Assembly: GCA_965644295.1 (NCBI GenBank)
Contig: CBFFRP010000330.1
Span: 1 to 21,001, forward strand
Source: Paraphysomonas bandaiensis
Lineage: Eukaryota; Protista; Chrysophyceae
Direction: 5' to 3'
Length of the DNA stretch: 21,001 bases
In this document: piece after piece, positions 8,368-18,129 of the stretch
Layout: each line of letters opens with the position of its first letter
Position numbering within the stretch: position 1 is the first letter of the stretch
Made by a program: the position numbers and the translations under genes
The notes under the pieces: model-generated
Database searches by the model: none
Seen by the model: the letters and a program-made list of their open reading frames with translations, nothing else
What the model was told of the DNA's origin: nothing

Positions 8368-11300
8368 ATGACGATTCAAGCTATTCTGGATCGTATCGGT
8401 GTGGACTCACTGGATGAACTGGAGAGAGAAATAGAAACCTTGCGAAGTCAAGTGCAAGATCTCGAGGACAGCGGGCTGGGCTCATCACAGAGAGCTAACA
8501 ACTTCAAAGAGAGTTTGGACGAATGCCTGAAGGCCAAAGATGCTTGCGAATCTCTATCTACGCCCTCTGAAGGAGTTATTGACTGTATATTGGACGACTT
8601 GGGTGAGAGCAGCGTCGAAAGCTTACAAGAGCGGCTCGCTGAATATCGCGATCAGCTTGATAAGTTTGATAAAGAAGGGAAATCATCATCTGTACGAGCT
8701 CACAATGTCCGAGACATGGTTGTAACTTATGAGCATGCGCTATCCAAGATCAAGGCTTTCCAAGCGCAGCATAAAGCGGCCACTATTACACGCGCGTCGG
8801 AAGGAGATATTGACTGTATATTGGACGACTTGGGTGAGAGCAGCGTCGAAAGCTTACAAGAGCGGCTCGCTGAATATCGCGATCAGCTTGATAAGTTTGA
8901 TAACCAGGGGAAATCGTCGTCTGTACGAGCTCGCAATGTCCGAGACATGGTTGTAACTTATGAGCATGCGCTATCCAAGATCAAGGCTTTCCAAGCGCAG
9001 TGTCAAGCGGCCACTACTACACGCGCGTCGGAAGGAGATATTGACTGTATATTGGACGACTTGGGTGAGAGCAGCGTCGAAAGCTTACAAGAGCGGCTCG
9101 CTGAATATCGCGATCAGCTTGATAAGTTTGATAAAGAAGGGAAATCGTCGTCTGTACGAGCTCGCAATGTCCGAGACATGGTTGTAACTTATGAGCATGC
9201 GCTATCCAAGATCAAGGCTTTCCAAGCGCAGTGTCAAGCGGCCACTACTACACGCGCGTCGGAAGGAGATATTGACTGTATATTGGAAGAGTTGGGTGAG
9301 AGTAACGTCGAAAGCTTACAAGAGCGGCTCGCTGAATATCGCGATCAGCTTGATAAGTTTGATAACCAGGGGAAATCGTCGTCTGTACGAGCTCGCAATG
9401 TCCGAGACATGGTTGTAACTTATGAGCATGCGCTATCCAAGATCAAGGCTTTCCAAGCGCAGTGTCAAGCGGCCACTACTACACGCGCGTCGGAAGGAGA
9501 TATTGACTGTATATTGGAAGAGTTGGGTGAGAGTAACGTCGAAAGCTTGCAAGAGCGGCTCGCTGAATATCGCGATCAGCTTGATAAGTTTGATAACCAG
9601 GGGAAATCGTCGTCTGTACGAGCTCGCAATGTCCGAGACATGGTTGTAACTTATGAGCATGCGCTATCCAAGATCAAGGCTTTCCAAGCGCAGTGTCAAG
9701 CGGCTCCTACGACAAATATGGATATTACCCCATACTTTGTGCATATATTTCACGATGTGGAGAATTGTAGGTGTGAAGGGCGATTGGGTCTGAATGCCAG
9801 AGTCCTAGTTAAATACACGTTAGAGAAGATCATGTGCGCTTTTCTAGGAAGTATGGAAGCAGTGAATGTTATGGATTTCGATCGAGATTTGTCATGGAAG
9901 TGGGATTTTTGCATCAGACGCGACAGCAATAATGTTTTTCATCCATCGAAATTATTCGTTCGAGATATGGACACTGTTGGGGCAATGCTTATCGATGTAC
10001 CGGGTATGAAGAAAGGAGAGGTTGACAAGCGCATTGAGCGTAATATGAGAACATTTGCAGCTGATTACCAAAAAATGAATGACGATGCGAAACAAAAAAC
10101 TGCAGCAGTCCTCATCGCCAGTGATGGTGACTACTCCTCTGTTGTAGACGATCTGAAACGCATGGGCATACTTGTGATTTTGATTTATGACCCTGCGGAA
10201 TGTTCTGATGTTTTCAAATCCATTGTGAGCCCTCGCTACTCTTTAGGTGTGTGGCAAGAAATCCTTGATGCCAGTAAACCTATGGCGCCTGGCGTTAATA
10301 ACTCTACTCGAGAAACAGTTCCAAATCCACAGAGTGATAGGGAGTATGCCTCTCTAGTTTTTGCCCTTGCCGATTTCATGTATGTAAGGGGACAGTCCAG
10401 CTGTTTCTATCCCGTTTACATGAAAGAGCTACTTAAAGAGAATCCAGAGATCGGGGCGATTAATACTAAATATGGGGGTTTGGAAAGTTTTTGTGGTAGA
10501 AGTAATGGAGCTCTTTGCTACCAGGCTAATAATCAGGGAGGATTAGTATCTGTTGCTTTGCACTTTCTACTGGAGTTTTGGGTACGCTTAGAGGGAGGAA
10601 AGGTTCCCGCCAATAGAATAGGTACGTTATAATTACGCTTATTAAATTGTTATATCTATTCCTAGTATACCTATTCCTAGTCACCTTCAAGTCTGACTGC
10701 AAATTGTGATGCCTGTAGGTAAATTCTATAAGAAATTTCCACGGTGCGCGGAAAATAATGTGGTCAAAAGCCAATTTAGAGAAAGTGGGGGGGCTCCTGC
10801 ACTCTGTTCTGCCACTGGTGGAAGTATGATATGGATCCAATGTTCCGACGATAGCACAGTGGGATATGGATACTTTGAATGCACAGCAGGTAACATCGAC
10901 AAGACTACCAATTCGTGCATGTGGACTATTAGCTGGCTGCTCCACAACCACCTCAAGTACCTCTCAAAGCCAACTGTTGATGAGGTGTTGTTAAGGGTGT
11001 CACCCAATGTTGTTCTGGAGCTCTGTGGTGATTCTCAGGGAGCACGCTTACGACTATCGATTTCACAGCACTTTGAATCTTCACAGCAATCAATTTCTGA
11101 TCCAGATGCTCTGTTGAAAGAAAGCAGATTGTGTGTAGAGGAGTTTCTAAGAGACTTACAGATCTCACCACTAGCCGAAGTGCCGGTGCCACGCTCAGTT
11201 CTTTTGGGTGACACTGAATTGCGAACGATAAGGAAACAATATCAAGTGTACTGCAATGTGTACAAGCGTAGGCAGGAGAACACGTGTGGCGATGATGCCA

Positions 11301-14300
11301 TTTTTATGCTTCTTCCTAAACATATGTCAGCAGGACCGAATGTACCGGCGAATCGATCTCCTCAACGACACCCAAATAAGAGTGCTTATGATATAGAGGC
11401 GTTTGCGTATTCACACCTAGTGAAACTAGGCATCAACCGCGTTACTCATATTGTGAAATTGAACATACGAAAGGAACCAGTGCTACATGCGTATATTGTG
11501 CTATCTCGAGATGCACTTGACCAGGATAGGAGAAACAGGCTCCTCAGTTCACAGTCATCCAATGGTGTGTCATTTTGTGAATCACTGCCTAGTCCTGAAG
11601 CGCGTGAAGTTGAGTCTATTCAACTTATTTATCCTTCCAGCAATGCGGAGGGGGCGGAAAAAGTCATGGATCGTATTAACGAACTTCGTCATTGCGAACG
11701 GGAATTAGATGTATTCGATGCCTCGGGTGGTCCTCCAGACACTTCCTCCTACCGCCCTGCTGTCGAACGATTCTTTTTTATGGACGCAGTCTGGTGCTTT
11801 TTGATTAGTGAGATCAATGATATTGCACCTGGATTACAGCTCGAAATATCTCAGCGTCAACAAAAGCGCGTCATAGTTGTACGTGGTCTAGAAAAGTTGG
11901 TTGAGCTTGCGGAGACACGTTTAAGAGAACGGCGTCGGAAAATGTTGGAAAAAACCATTGCAATTCCGAGGGATAAACAGAGCGATGACCTCAATCACGC
12001 ACTTAAAAACTACCTGAAATCCCTTTTTTCCAGCTGGTTTAGAGCATACAGTTCTGACCAAGACGGTACGTCTTCGCTGGATACTAGATCCAACAGTGAC
12101 GAAACGTCTGTTTCTAGTGTAAGTTTTTTATAATATTTGCATTCCTCATTTCGTCGTTAATGGTATCGTACGTAGTCTACATCAGTCCGGATGCCTCTGG
12201 CGAAATACTATGTAGCACGGAGAGAGGTTTGTATTGTGGCACTGCATGAGCGCCAGGACCAATGGCAGCTGTTTGTCAAAGCAGCCAAAAATATTATTGA
12301 CAGCTTTACAAGGAGAGAAGTATCTGTGAGTGGTGAAAATCCAACTCGATTCAATAGAGCTCTCAGTAAATTTGATCTATTGGATCATAAATATGACAAG
12401 GATACCAAGAATATTATTTTGCATGGTGCCAGGGAATCGGTTTTGGGAGCTCTGGCTTACATTGAACAAGAAATGAATGGACAGCAACCTGAGTCTGCTG
12501 ATATCGACTGTTCGGAATTCCCGCACAGCGATAGAATTGCCAGATATCTTCGTCGAGGTGGTGAGGGATGTGCTTTAGCACAATTACAGAACTTTGTGTC
12601 TCAGAGTTTTAAATCGGTGACTCTAACGATACCCCAGGCGGCTAACTGTGAATCCAATTCCAACAACTCCACAATTCTTACGCTTCGTGGTCCTAAAAAC
12701 ATGATACCAGCAGCTATTGATGCAACGAAGGTGGAATTACGAAAAATTGTAGCTGGTCTCGAGTTATCAGTGATAGACTGCTTTCAAGATTATCAGGTGA
12801 AATGGTTGATGCAATATGCGACGCATATAGGCGATGAAAATGATACTGTGGTGGATTTTGTGAGTGAAGACGTATTTTCAACCGTTGGTGATCCGCAGTT
12901 GAAATGCCAGTGCGAGATGGGTCCAATATCTGTTTACGTAGTTCATTGTGATTTTATTGAGACTGCATCTTATGGATGCGACACAATTGTCAACCCCGCC
13001 AACTCACATTTGAAGCATGACGGTGGTATTGCTAAGGCAATATCAGATGCTGCTGGCCCCGAACTTGTTAGGGAGTGTAATTCCAAAAGTCATATTCCTG
13101 CTGGTGGAGCGACAGCGACGGGATCGTATCGTTTGCATGATCACGGATTCAAGAATATTATACATACGGTGGCTCCGGTATGGTCTTCTTCTTCAGACGG
13201 ATCCGTGAGGATAGGCGAACGTCATTTATTGCATAATGCTGTGAAGAATGCCTTGTATGAAGCTCAGTTAAAAGGCGCGGAGGCCGTAGCGATTCCAGGT
13301 GTTGGTATGGGTTTATTCAAGTGGCCGGTGGATGATGCTGCGACAGAAATCGTACTTGCAATCGGAGAGTTCATTCATGACCAAACAGCGGCTGATGACG
13401 CCCAGAAATCTCTGAAAAAAATAGTTCTTTTTGACAACATTGAGTCCAGGGTATCTGCGTTCGTATCAGCACTAAAGGCATTACAGAATCACACCATTGG
13501 TGAGTCGGTGTCCATCCCTACAGTGCCTGAGTGTCAGTGGTTCCGGAAAGTGTGGCATCATGAGGTATCGGAACAGCCAGATGGGGCAGTTCGTACCTTG
13601 TTTGACGAATCTTTCGTTGAGCATGTTGTTGCTCCGTATGATTATGATCAAGTTATGCAAATGGAGCGAGCATATCTAGCTGGAGACTCGTCGGTTATTC
13701 TAGTCAGTGATGCCTACGGAGCAAAAAACAATAAAAAATACAAAATTGACTTTACACTAAAAACACAAACAACGATTCCTTTCAATAATAAATTTTCTGT
13801 ACGACCGATATTCCGTTCATCCGTAATCGATCCTAAAAATATCCCGATGTACAATGAGCGGTGTAAAGAACAAGTACTCGCTAGACCTGGCATTGTTGAG
13901 AGGGTTATACCTACGAACTTAAAAACTGGTGTTTTTGTAAAAAATCGAGATGGGGCACTGACTCAAAACTCCTTACAAAGAGAGAATGGTGTGGCAATAT
14001 TCGGTAATTATTTTGTCATTTATTGTCGTGATTGAATGTAAATATATTTTGTGTCCATAGGTACCTCTGATGCGATAAAGAAAACTATAACTGCTCTCGA
14101 TAATTTTATTTTGGAAAATAAATCTTCCAAAACTGTTGAGTTACGTCTCCTGCGAACTTCCAACGTTCAATTCGAAACCGCACTTCATGAGCTTCAGGAA
14201 CTAAACAGAGAAATGAATGTCGTGATCAGCTCCAGCAATGATGCCGACTGGAATGTTATTGTTGAAGGATTAGGGGAAGTGGTAGTGCTTCGGGCGCAGA

Positions 14301-14977
14301 CGAAAGTGCTTGAATATGAGAGGAATAAAGTCTATAATGACAGCCGTGCCATTTCTCTACCTGATACCTGGGGGTATGAGTTATCTGATGACGATTGCTT
14401 CCCTGACCCTTCACTCAAAGAGCTAGAGCCAATTAGCAGCGAGTACATCGAGGCTGCTAAATGCTTTGGAAATGACAATTTTAAGGCAGACATAGTACGC
14501 ATTGAACGTGTGCAAAACGTAGAGCTCTACCGTCTTTACGACACGAAGCGCAAAGAGGTTGCTCGTAAAAACGGAGGCAATGCGAATGAGATTCTTCTGA
14601 AGCATGGAACCAGTGATACACTTCCGGAAACTGTCTGGAATAGTGGTTCGAGGACAAACGCATATGGTTTTGATATTCGTTGGTCTAGTGACAAAAATTA
14701 TTATGGTAGAGGATCGTACTTTACTGACGATACTGGTTACGCAAATCGCTACTCGTATCAATGCGGGAACTCAGACGAGAGGCAGATTTTTCTGGCATAT
14801 GTTGCCCAGGGTTGTATTGAGCAGAAGGATACCAAAGATAAGAGCATAAAAACCCCTTCAGCGGGTTACCAGTCTGTGCGTGGACCGATTGATGGGTCTA
14901 TTCAAGGGCTTGTTGTTTACGAACTGCATCAAAGCTATCCTGCTTACCTTGTTACGTACAAAAGAGCGCCTAAGTAA
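8368..14977 (+). CDS. Multidomain repeat-NYN RNase-LOTUS/wHTH-RRM/KH-Macro-WWE-PARP protein (MARF1-like nuclease fused to a PARP14-like module), ~2132 aa; exons 8368-10621, 10719-12118, 12176-14003, 14061-14977
   Basis: Three GT-AG introns (10622-10718 GTACGT..TGTAG, 12119-12175 GTAAGT..CGTAG, 14004-14060 GTAATT..CATAG) remove each ORF stop and join the four ORFs in frame (6399 nt = 2133 codons). Domain motifs are listed in the sub-features. Confidence 0.85.
8566..9717 (+). repeat. Five near-identical 231-bp (77-aa) coding tandem repeats, preceded by one degenerate unit at the N-terminus
   Basis: Unit SEGDIDCILDDLGESSVESLQERLAEYRDQLDKFD(KE/NQ)GKSSSVRARNVRDMVVTYEHALSKIKAFQAQCQAATTTRA repeats with a 231-nt period. 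Residues 1-65 (IQAILDRIGVDSLDELEREI...GSSQRANN) are a diverged copy. Confidence 0.97.
9733..10270 (+). other. NYN domain (LabA/DUF88/MARF1-type PIN-like RNase), catalytic acidic residues apparently intact
   Basis: VHIFHDVENC (cf. xFWDxENC), KKGEVDKRI (cf. K-x-x-x-D), and VLIASDGDYSSVVDDLKRMGILVILI (cf. LISGDxDFxxxxxxLRxxGxxVILI). Confidence 0.85.
10339..10880 (+). other. Two tandem winged-helix (LOTUS/OST-HTH-like) repeats spanning intron 1
   Basis: After splicing, LADFMYVRG...ELLKENPEI...YGGLESFCGRSNGALCY aligns with LEFWVRLEGGKVPANRIGKFYKKFPRC...SGGAPALCSATGGSMIW. The position after NYN matches MARF1-type architecture; the fold is inferred. Confidence 0.4.
11170..12860 (+). other. RRM-like segment plus an array of degenerate KH-like domains
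   Basis: Repeated KH C-terminal strand-Gly-helix signatures: VIVVRGLEKLVELAETRL, NIILHGARESVLGALAYI, ILTLRGPKNMIPAAIDAT; GxxG-like RRGGEG. RRM-like THIVKLNIRKEPVLHAYIVLS. Confidence 0.55.
12920..13480 (+). other. Macrodomain (MacroD/PARP9-14-like ADP-ribose binding or hydrolase)
   Basis: DTIVNPANSHLKHDGGIAKAISDAAGPEL, TGSYRL, IIHTVAPVW, VAIPGVGMGLFKWP, LKKIVLF. Confidence 0.95.
13532..13816 (+). other. WWE domain
   Basis: QWF...PYDYDQVMQMERAY...KYKIDFTLKTQ...RPIFR matches the WWE pattern W...Y-D-x5-E-x-A-Y...Y-x-I-D-F-x-x-x-x-Q...R-x-I-x-R. Confidence 0.8.
14357..14977 (+). other. PARP/ARTD catalytic domain, PARP10/12/14-like, predicted mono-ADP-ribosyltransferase
   Basis: LPDTW, SSEY, IVRIERVQNVELY, NEILLKHGT (His codon 14603-14605), GFD, YGRGSYFT, YANRYS, RQIFLAYVAQG, YQSV, GLVVY, QSYPAYLVTY. 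No catalytic Glu at the third triad position. Confidence 0.95.
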
Positions 14978-15126
14978 CTAGGTGAGCTGTACAAAGCAAT
15001 ACGTTTGAGTTACTGTTCGTTTAGGATACTAGTTTATTCTTCGTTTTATTTTATGCACTCTTTGCTTAATAATTCTGTTTTCTCCATATTTCCGTTTTTT
15101 CATCAACCTTTCCGTGGTTGGGTTAG

Positions 15127-16170
15127 CAGGGCTGTACAACAATTAATTGTATTTGTAATTAAACTGCATGGAATATACGTAATAATTGCAATTTAATTGC
15201 TCGCAGGAAAGTCGTAATTAAATTGTAATTAATTGGCAACTGTTTACTATTTTGTATAAAGACATATTAGGATTAGAACTTGGGAAAACTTTAAGGATGA
15301 TAGCCACTTATTGCCCTTAATAGCCATCCCCTTACTGACTATTATTCATATTGCTACACCGCTGCTACCTGTTACCAAAGCCTCCATCCTGATATTGGAT
15401 ATTGTCGTCTCTGTTTAATATCTCGGTCATTATCATCTTACGAAAGGTGCTGTCTCTTTGTACGATCAATTACGTTTCTTTCCTCTTCACCTTAAGCTAC
15501 CAAACTAAGTTCAGCTCAATCAATAGCGTATATGTAATGCTCAATAACTTTCTAGTTTAAAGCTATGTATGTATAAGAAGTATGGCAGTCACGTTCTTAC
15601 CAATCCTGCCTGCCCTACAGGATACTGAATACTTCAGGTTGAAGTTCACTACAAACCGGGCTTGTAGCGGTATGTTCATGGTATTATCAAGGATTTTTAC
15701 TGTTTACTGCAGTTCAAATTAGGGATATTTAGACTTTTATATACTCGAAAGCCTTGGCGAGAAAGAATGCCAATCTGAAGCCAGTATCAAGAAACCAATC
15801 ATGAAATATCTGGATGCTTTGGCGCAGTAAGTTGAAAATAAAGTGAAAGAAATGTTGACTAAATACTAAATGTTTGGTATAGTTCAGGATGGTTGGACAT
15901 GTGCTAGGGAACACTATTATTATAACGTTTGCTGTGTGTTGTTATAAAAATAAAGATGTTCAAAGAGTGTTGCTTTGCTGTGGTGTCCAAAACGAAGATC
16001 AGGACGATGATGACATCGATCTTTTGGAGCATGGTATATATGGAACCCCATCGAGTGCCATTCCTCACAAGAGCACATGGCAAGTCACGTTTCCTCAATT
16101 TGCTTGCATTTTTAAGAGTGCGGAGCTGTTTGAACAATTAGACAATCTTCAGACCAATACGTCTGGCTAA
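15127..16170 (-). mobile_element. Degenerate hAT transposon remnant
   Basis: Minus-strand RNGTRWGSIYTML (15904-16137 ORF) matches the hAT transposase TRW-x-S-x-Y-x-M-L motif. A TIR-like CAGGGCTGTACAAC at 15127 is followed by subterminal TAATT/TTGTAATT repeats. No partner TIR was found. Confidence 0.6.
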
Positions 16171-16307
16171 CTTTGGATTCATACTCTCAAAATTAGACCC
16201 TACTAATTCAAGCTCGTCCCGCATGTAGTCACCAATTCACTTACACATATAGCTACATGGGGGTATAACAACAAAAGCGACTACGCAAGACCAAACCAAC
16301 TAAGTAC

Positions 16308-16450
16308 CGCTGCTTGAAGCATATTTACTCCACTACAAATTGTGTAGAAAGGCTTTTCAGCAGTGATTGCTGTGTATGCAACTTTCGGCTTGCTGCCTAC
16401 TTCAGTGGAAAATAAGGCATTTAGATTGCTTCACTATAGACTTTCTGGCT
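16308..16450 (+). pseudogene. Second hAT dimerisation-domain remnant, opposite orientation
   Basis: Plus-strand translation RCLKHIYSTTNCVERLFSS followed by LPTSVE; degraded. Confidence 0.6.
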
Positions 16451-16728
16451 GAATTACGACAGTTCTTTGAGGAATACAGTTATCACTGATGAGAACTGAC
16501 ATGAACTGATGACATGATAGGAATAATAGTAGTCAAACTGAAATATATTGACTGTAGAAGATCGTTATAATATTGGTTGGTAGTTGCGAGAATATACTTG
16601 TAGCAAATACCAATGAATGATTAGACAGCATGTTATTCATAATATTAATAATTGATTACTGTGTGAGTTCCAGTTCAGTTACTTAACTTATTTCACCATC
16701 CCAAAAAGACAAATGTTGACATGGCAGC

Positions 16729-17261
16729 GTGCGTAGCGCTGAATATGCAGTGAGAACCCGAGTGGGAAGCGCTGAACTAAGCAATGTGTACATTGGTAGA
16801 GGTGCGCGGTCGCAACACTCAGCAGCACTCACTAGACGGTCAAACGCGGTGATTAGTTACGCTGTCAATATGGGGAATTCAGATTGGAAGCAGCTTCCAA
16901 AGTCCGATCAGTTTGGGGTGATCAACTGGACGAAGACACTCAAGGTATGGCGTATGCACAAAAATCGAAACAAACAATATAGGTCTGGAAGAGCGTCCAA
17001 TTAGACCTGCTGACAATGCGCCGATAGCACTCCAAAACAAGTACAATGGGCACTTCGACAAGTGGCTCTAGCAGAAGGCCACATGCATCAGCTCCATATA
17101 TTGACACAGTTCAACCTGTTGCGGAAGCGCTCGAAATAGTTGATCAATATCTCCGAGAGAAGGACATCCTTCCATATGATGATCCCGAGAAAGACACTTG
17201 GCCAGTGAGCTTATTACTAGATTGGTTGAAAGATTCGTGGCGAAACTCAGTACGAATTGGT
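16729..17261 (+). pseudogene. Possible decayed coding fragment of unknown origin, cut by the duplication junction
   Basis: More GC-rich than its flanks, with protein-like pieces in shifting frames (...INWTKTLKVWRMHK, IRPADNAPIALQNKYNGHFDKWL, VAEALEIVDQYLREKDILPYDD...LLLDWLK). No family recognised. Confidence 0.25.
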
Positions 17262-17731
17262 TGCATGGAACATCCCTATACCCAACTTCCTCCGCAAGTC
17301 ATGAAACTTATCCGACCCCTCCCGAGTGAGCACCGACAAAGCAGTGTCCCATCTCTTGACGTGCTTAAACTCCCAATCAAGATCAGCATCAGTCTTCTTC
17401 TTGTTTACGCTAAAAGCACAGAGTGAGAAATCCGGCATGATGCGTTTACAGAGACAGATATATATGACGCGTGCCTCGAATATAATAACAGTACAGATAT
17501 ACGCATGACTACAGAAGAATTTTAATATCAGAATGATATGAATACAGACATACAGCACATGTGATACGACTACAGAGCATGATACACATATAAGTCATAT
17601 GTAACTATGTACTTTGGAGAGAAGAAACGAACGCTCTGTCTGCAGTCATTCACTCTGACGCTCACAGCCATCTTAACGTTACTCACAACACCCCTGCGAA
17701 ATAATCTCTCTGCTCGAAGCATCATCATCAT
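17262..17731 (-). pseudogene. Truncated 5' fragment of the Tim44-like gene (exon 1 and most of exon 2)
   Basis: Matches 7522-7991; breaks inside exon 2 at 17262 and reads into unrelated sequence (MFHATNSY*). Confidence 0.75.
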
Positions 17732-18129
17732 GGTGCGCTCTATAGTGATGAGACTGGCATATACAGGAGTAACTCCAGCTCTTATGATCAATCCCCATCA
17801 TCATGCAGGAGGCAGATGCTCTTGTCTTGTGTTCGACGTACTGCTGCACTGTACTGCTGCACTGTACTGCTGTAATAGACTGCTGTACTAGACTGTACTG
17901 CTGTACTGCTGCGTGACAACTGACTACGATTGCTACACCACCGTACGCGTACAGCCGGGAAATTTTCTGGAAGCGGACTACACATGCCCGTATTTTATAC
18001 AGCAGAGTACTGCTGCATACACATACATAACAAGCAACACACGCCACCAGCAGAGAATTAATTTGATCACATATCACTGATTCACTCTACAGTATTCATA
18101 TTCACTACTAATCACAAGAGAGCAGCACG

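Noticed and set aside
8540-9660. Series of 61-75 aa alternative-frame ORFs (MSMRYPRS...), also at 18302-18949
   Set aside because: Shadow ORFs produced by the tandem repeat in another frame.
8566-9717. Regularly spaced repeats as a CRISPR-like array
   Set aside because: The units are contiguous 231-bp in-frame coding repeats with no unique spacers.
8368-14977. Four-gene prokaryotic-style defence operon
   Set aside because: The gaps are AT-rich with GT-AG boundaries that restore one frame, and they fall inside domains, so this is a spliced eukaryotic gene.
1-14977. Functional coupling between the OTU element and the NYN-PARP gene
   Set aside because: They are separated by a hAT insertion and a housekeeping gene, and the OTU element is not part of the duplicated unit; adjacency alone is not evidence.
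17046-17426. 126-aa ORF as a real chimeric gene
   Set aside because: It crosses the duplication junction and its 3' half is antisense to the Tim44-like exon; likely incidental.
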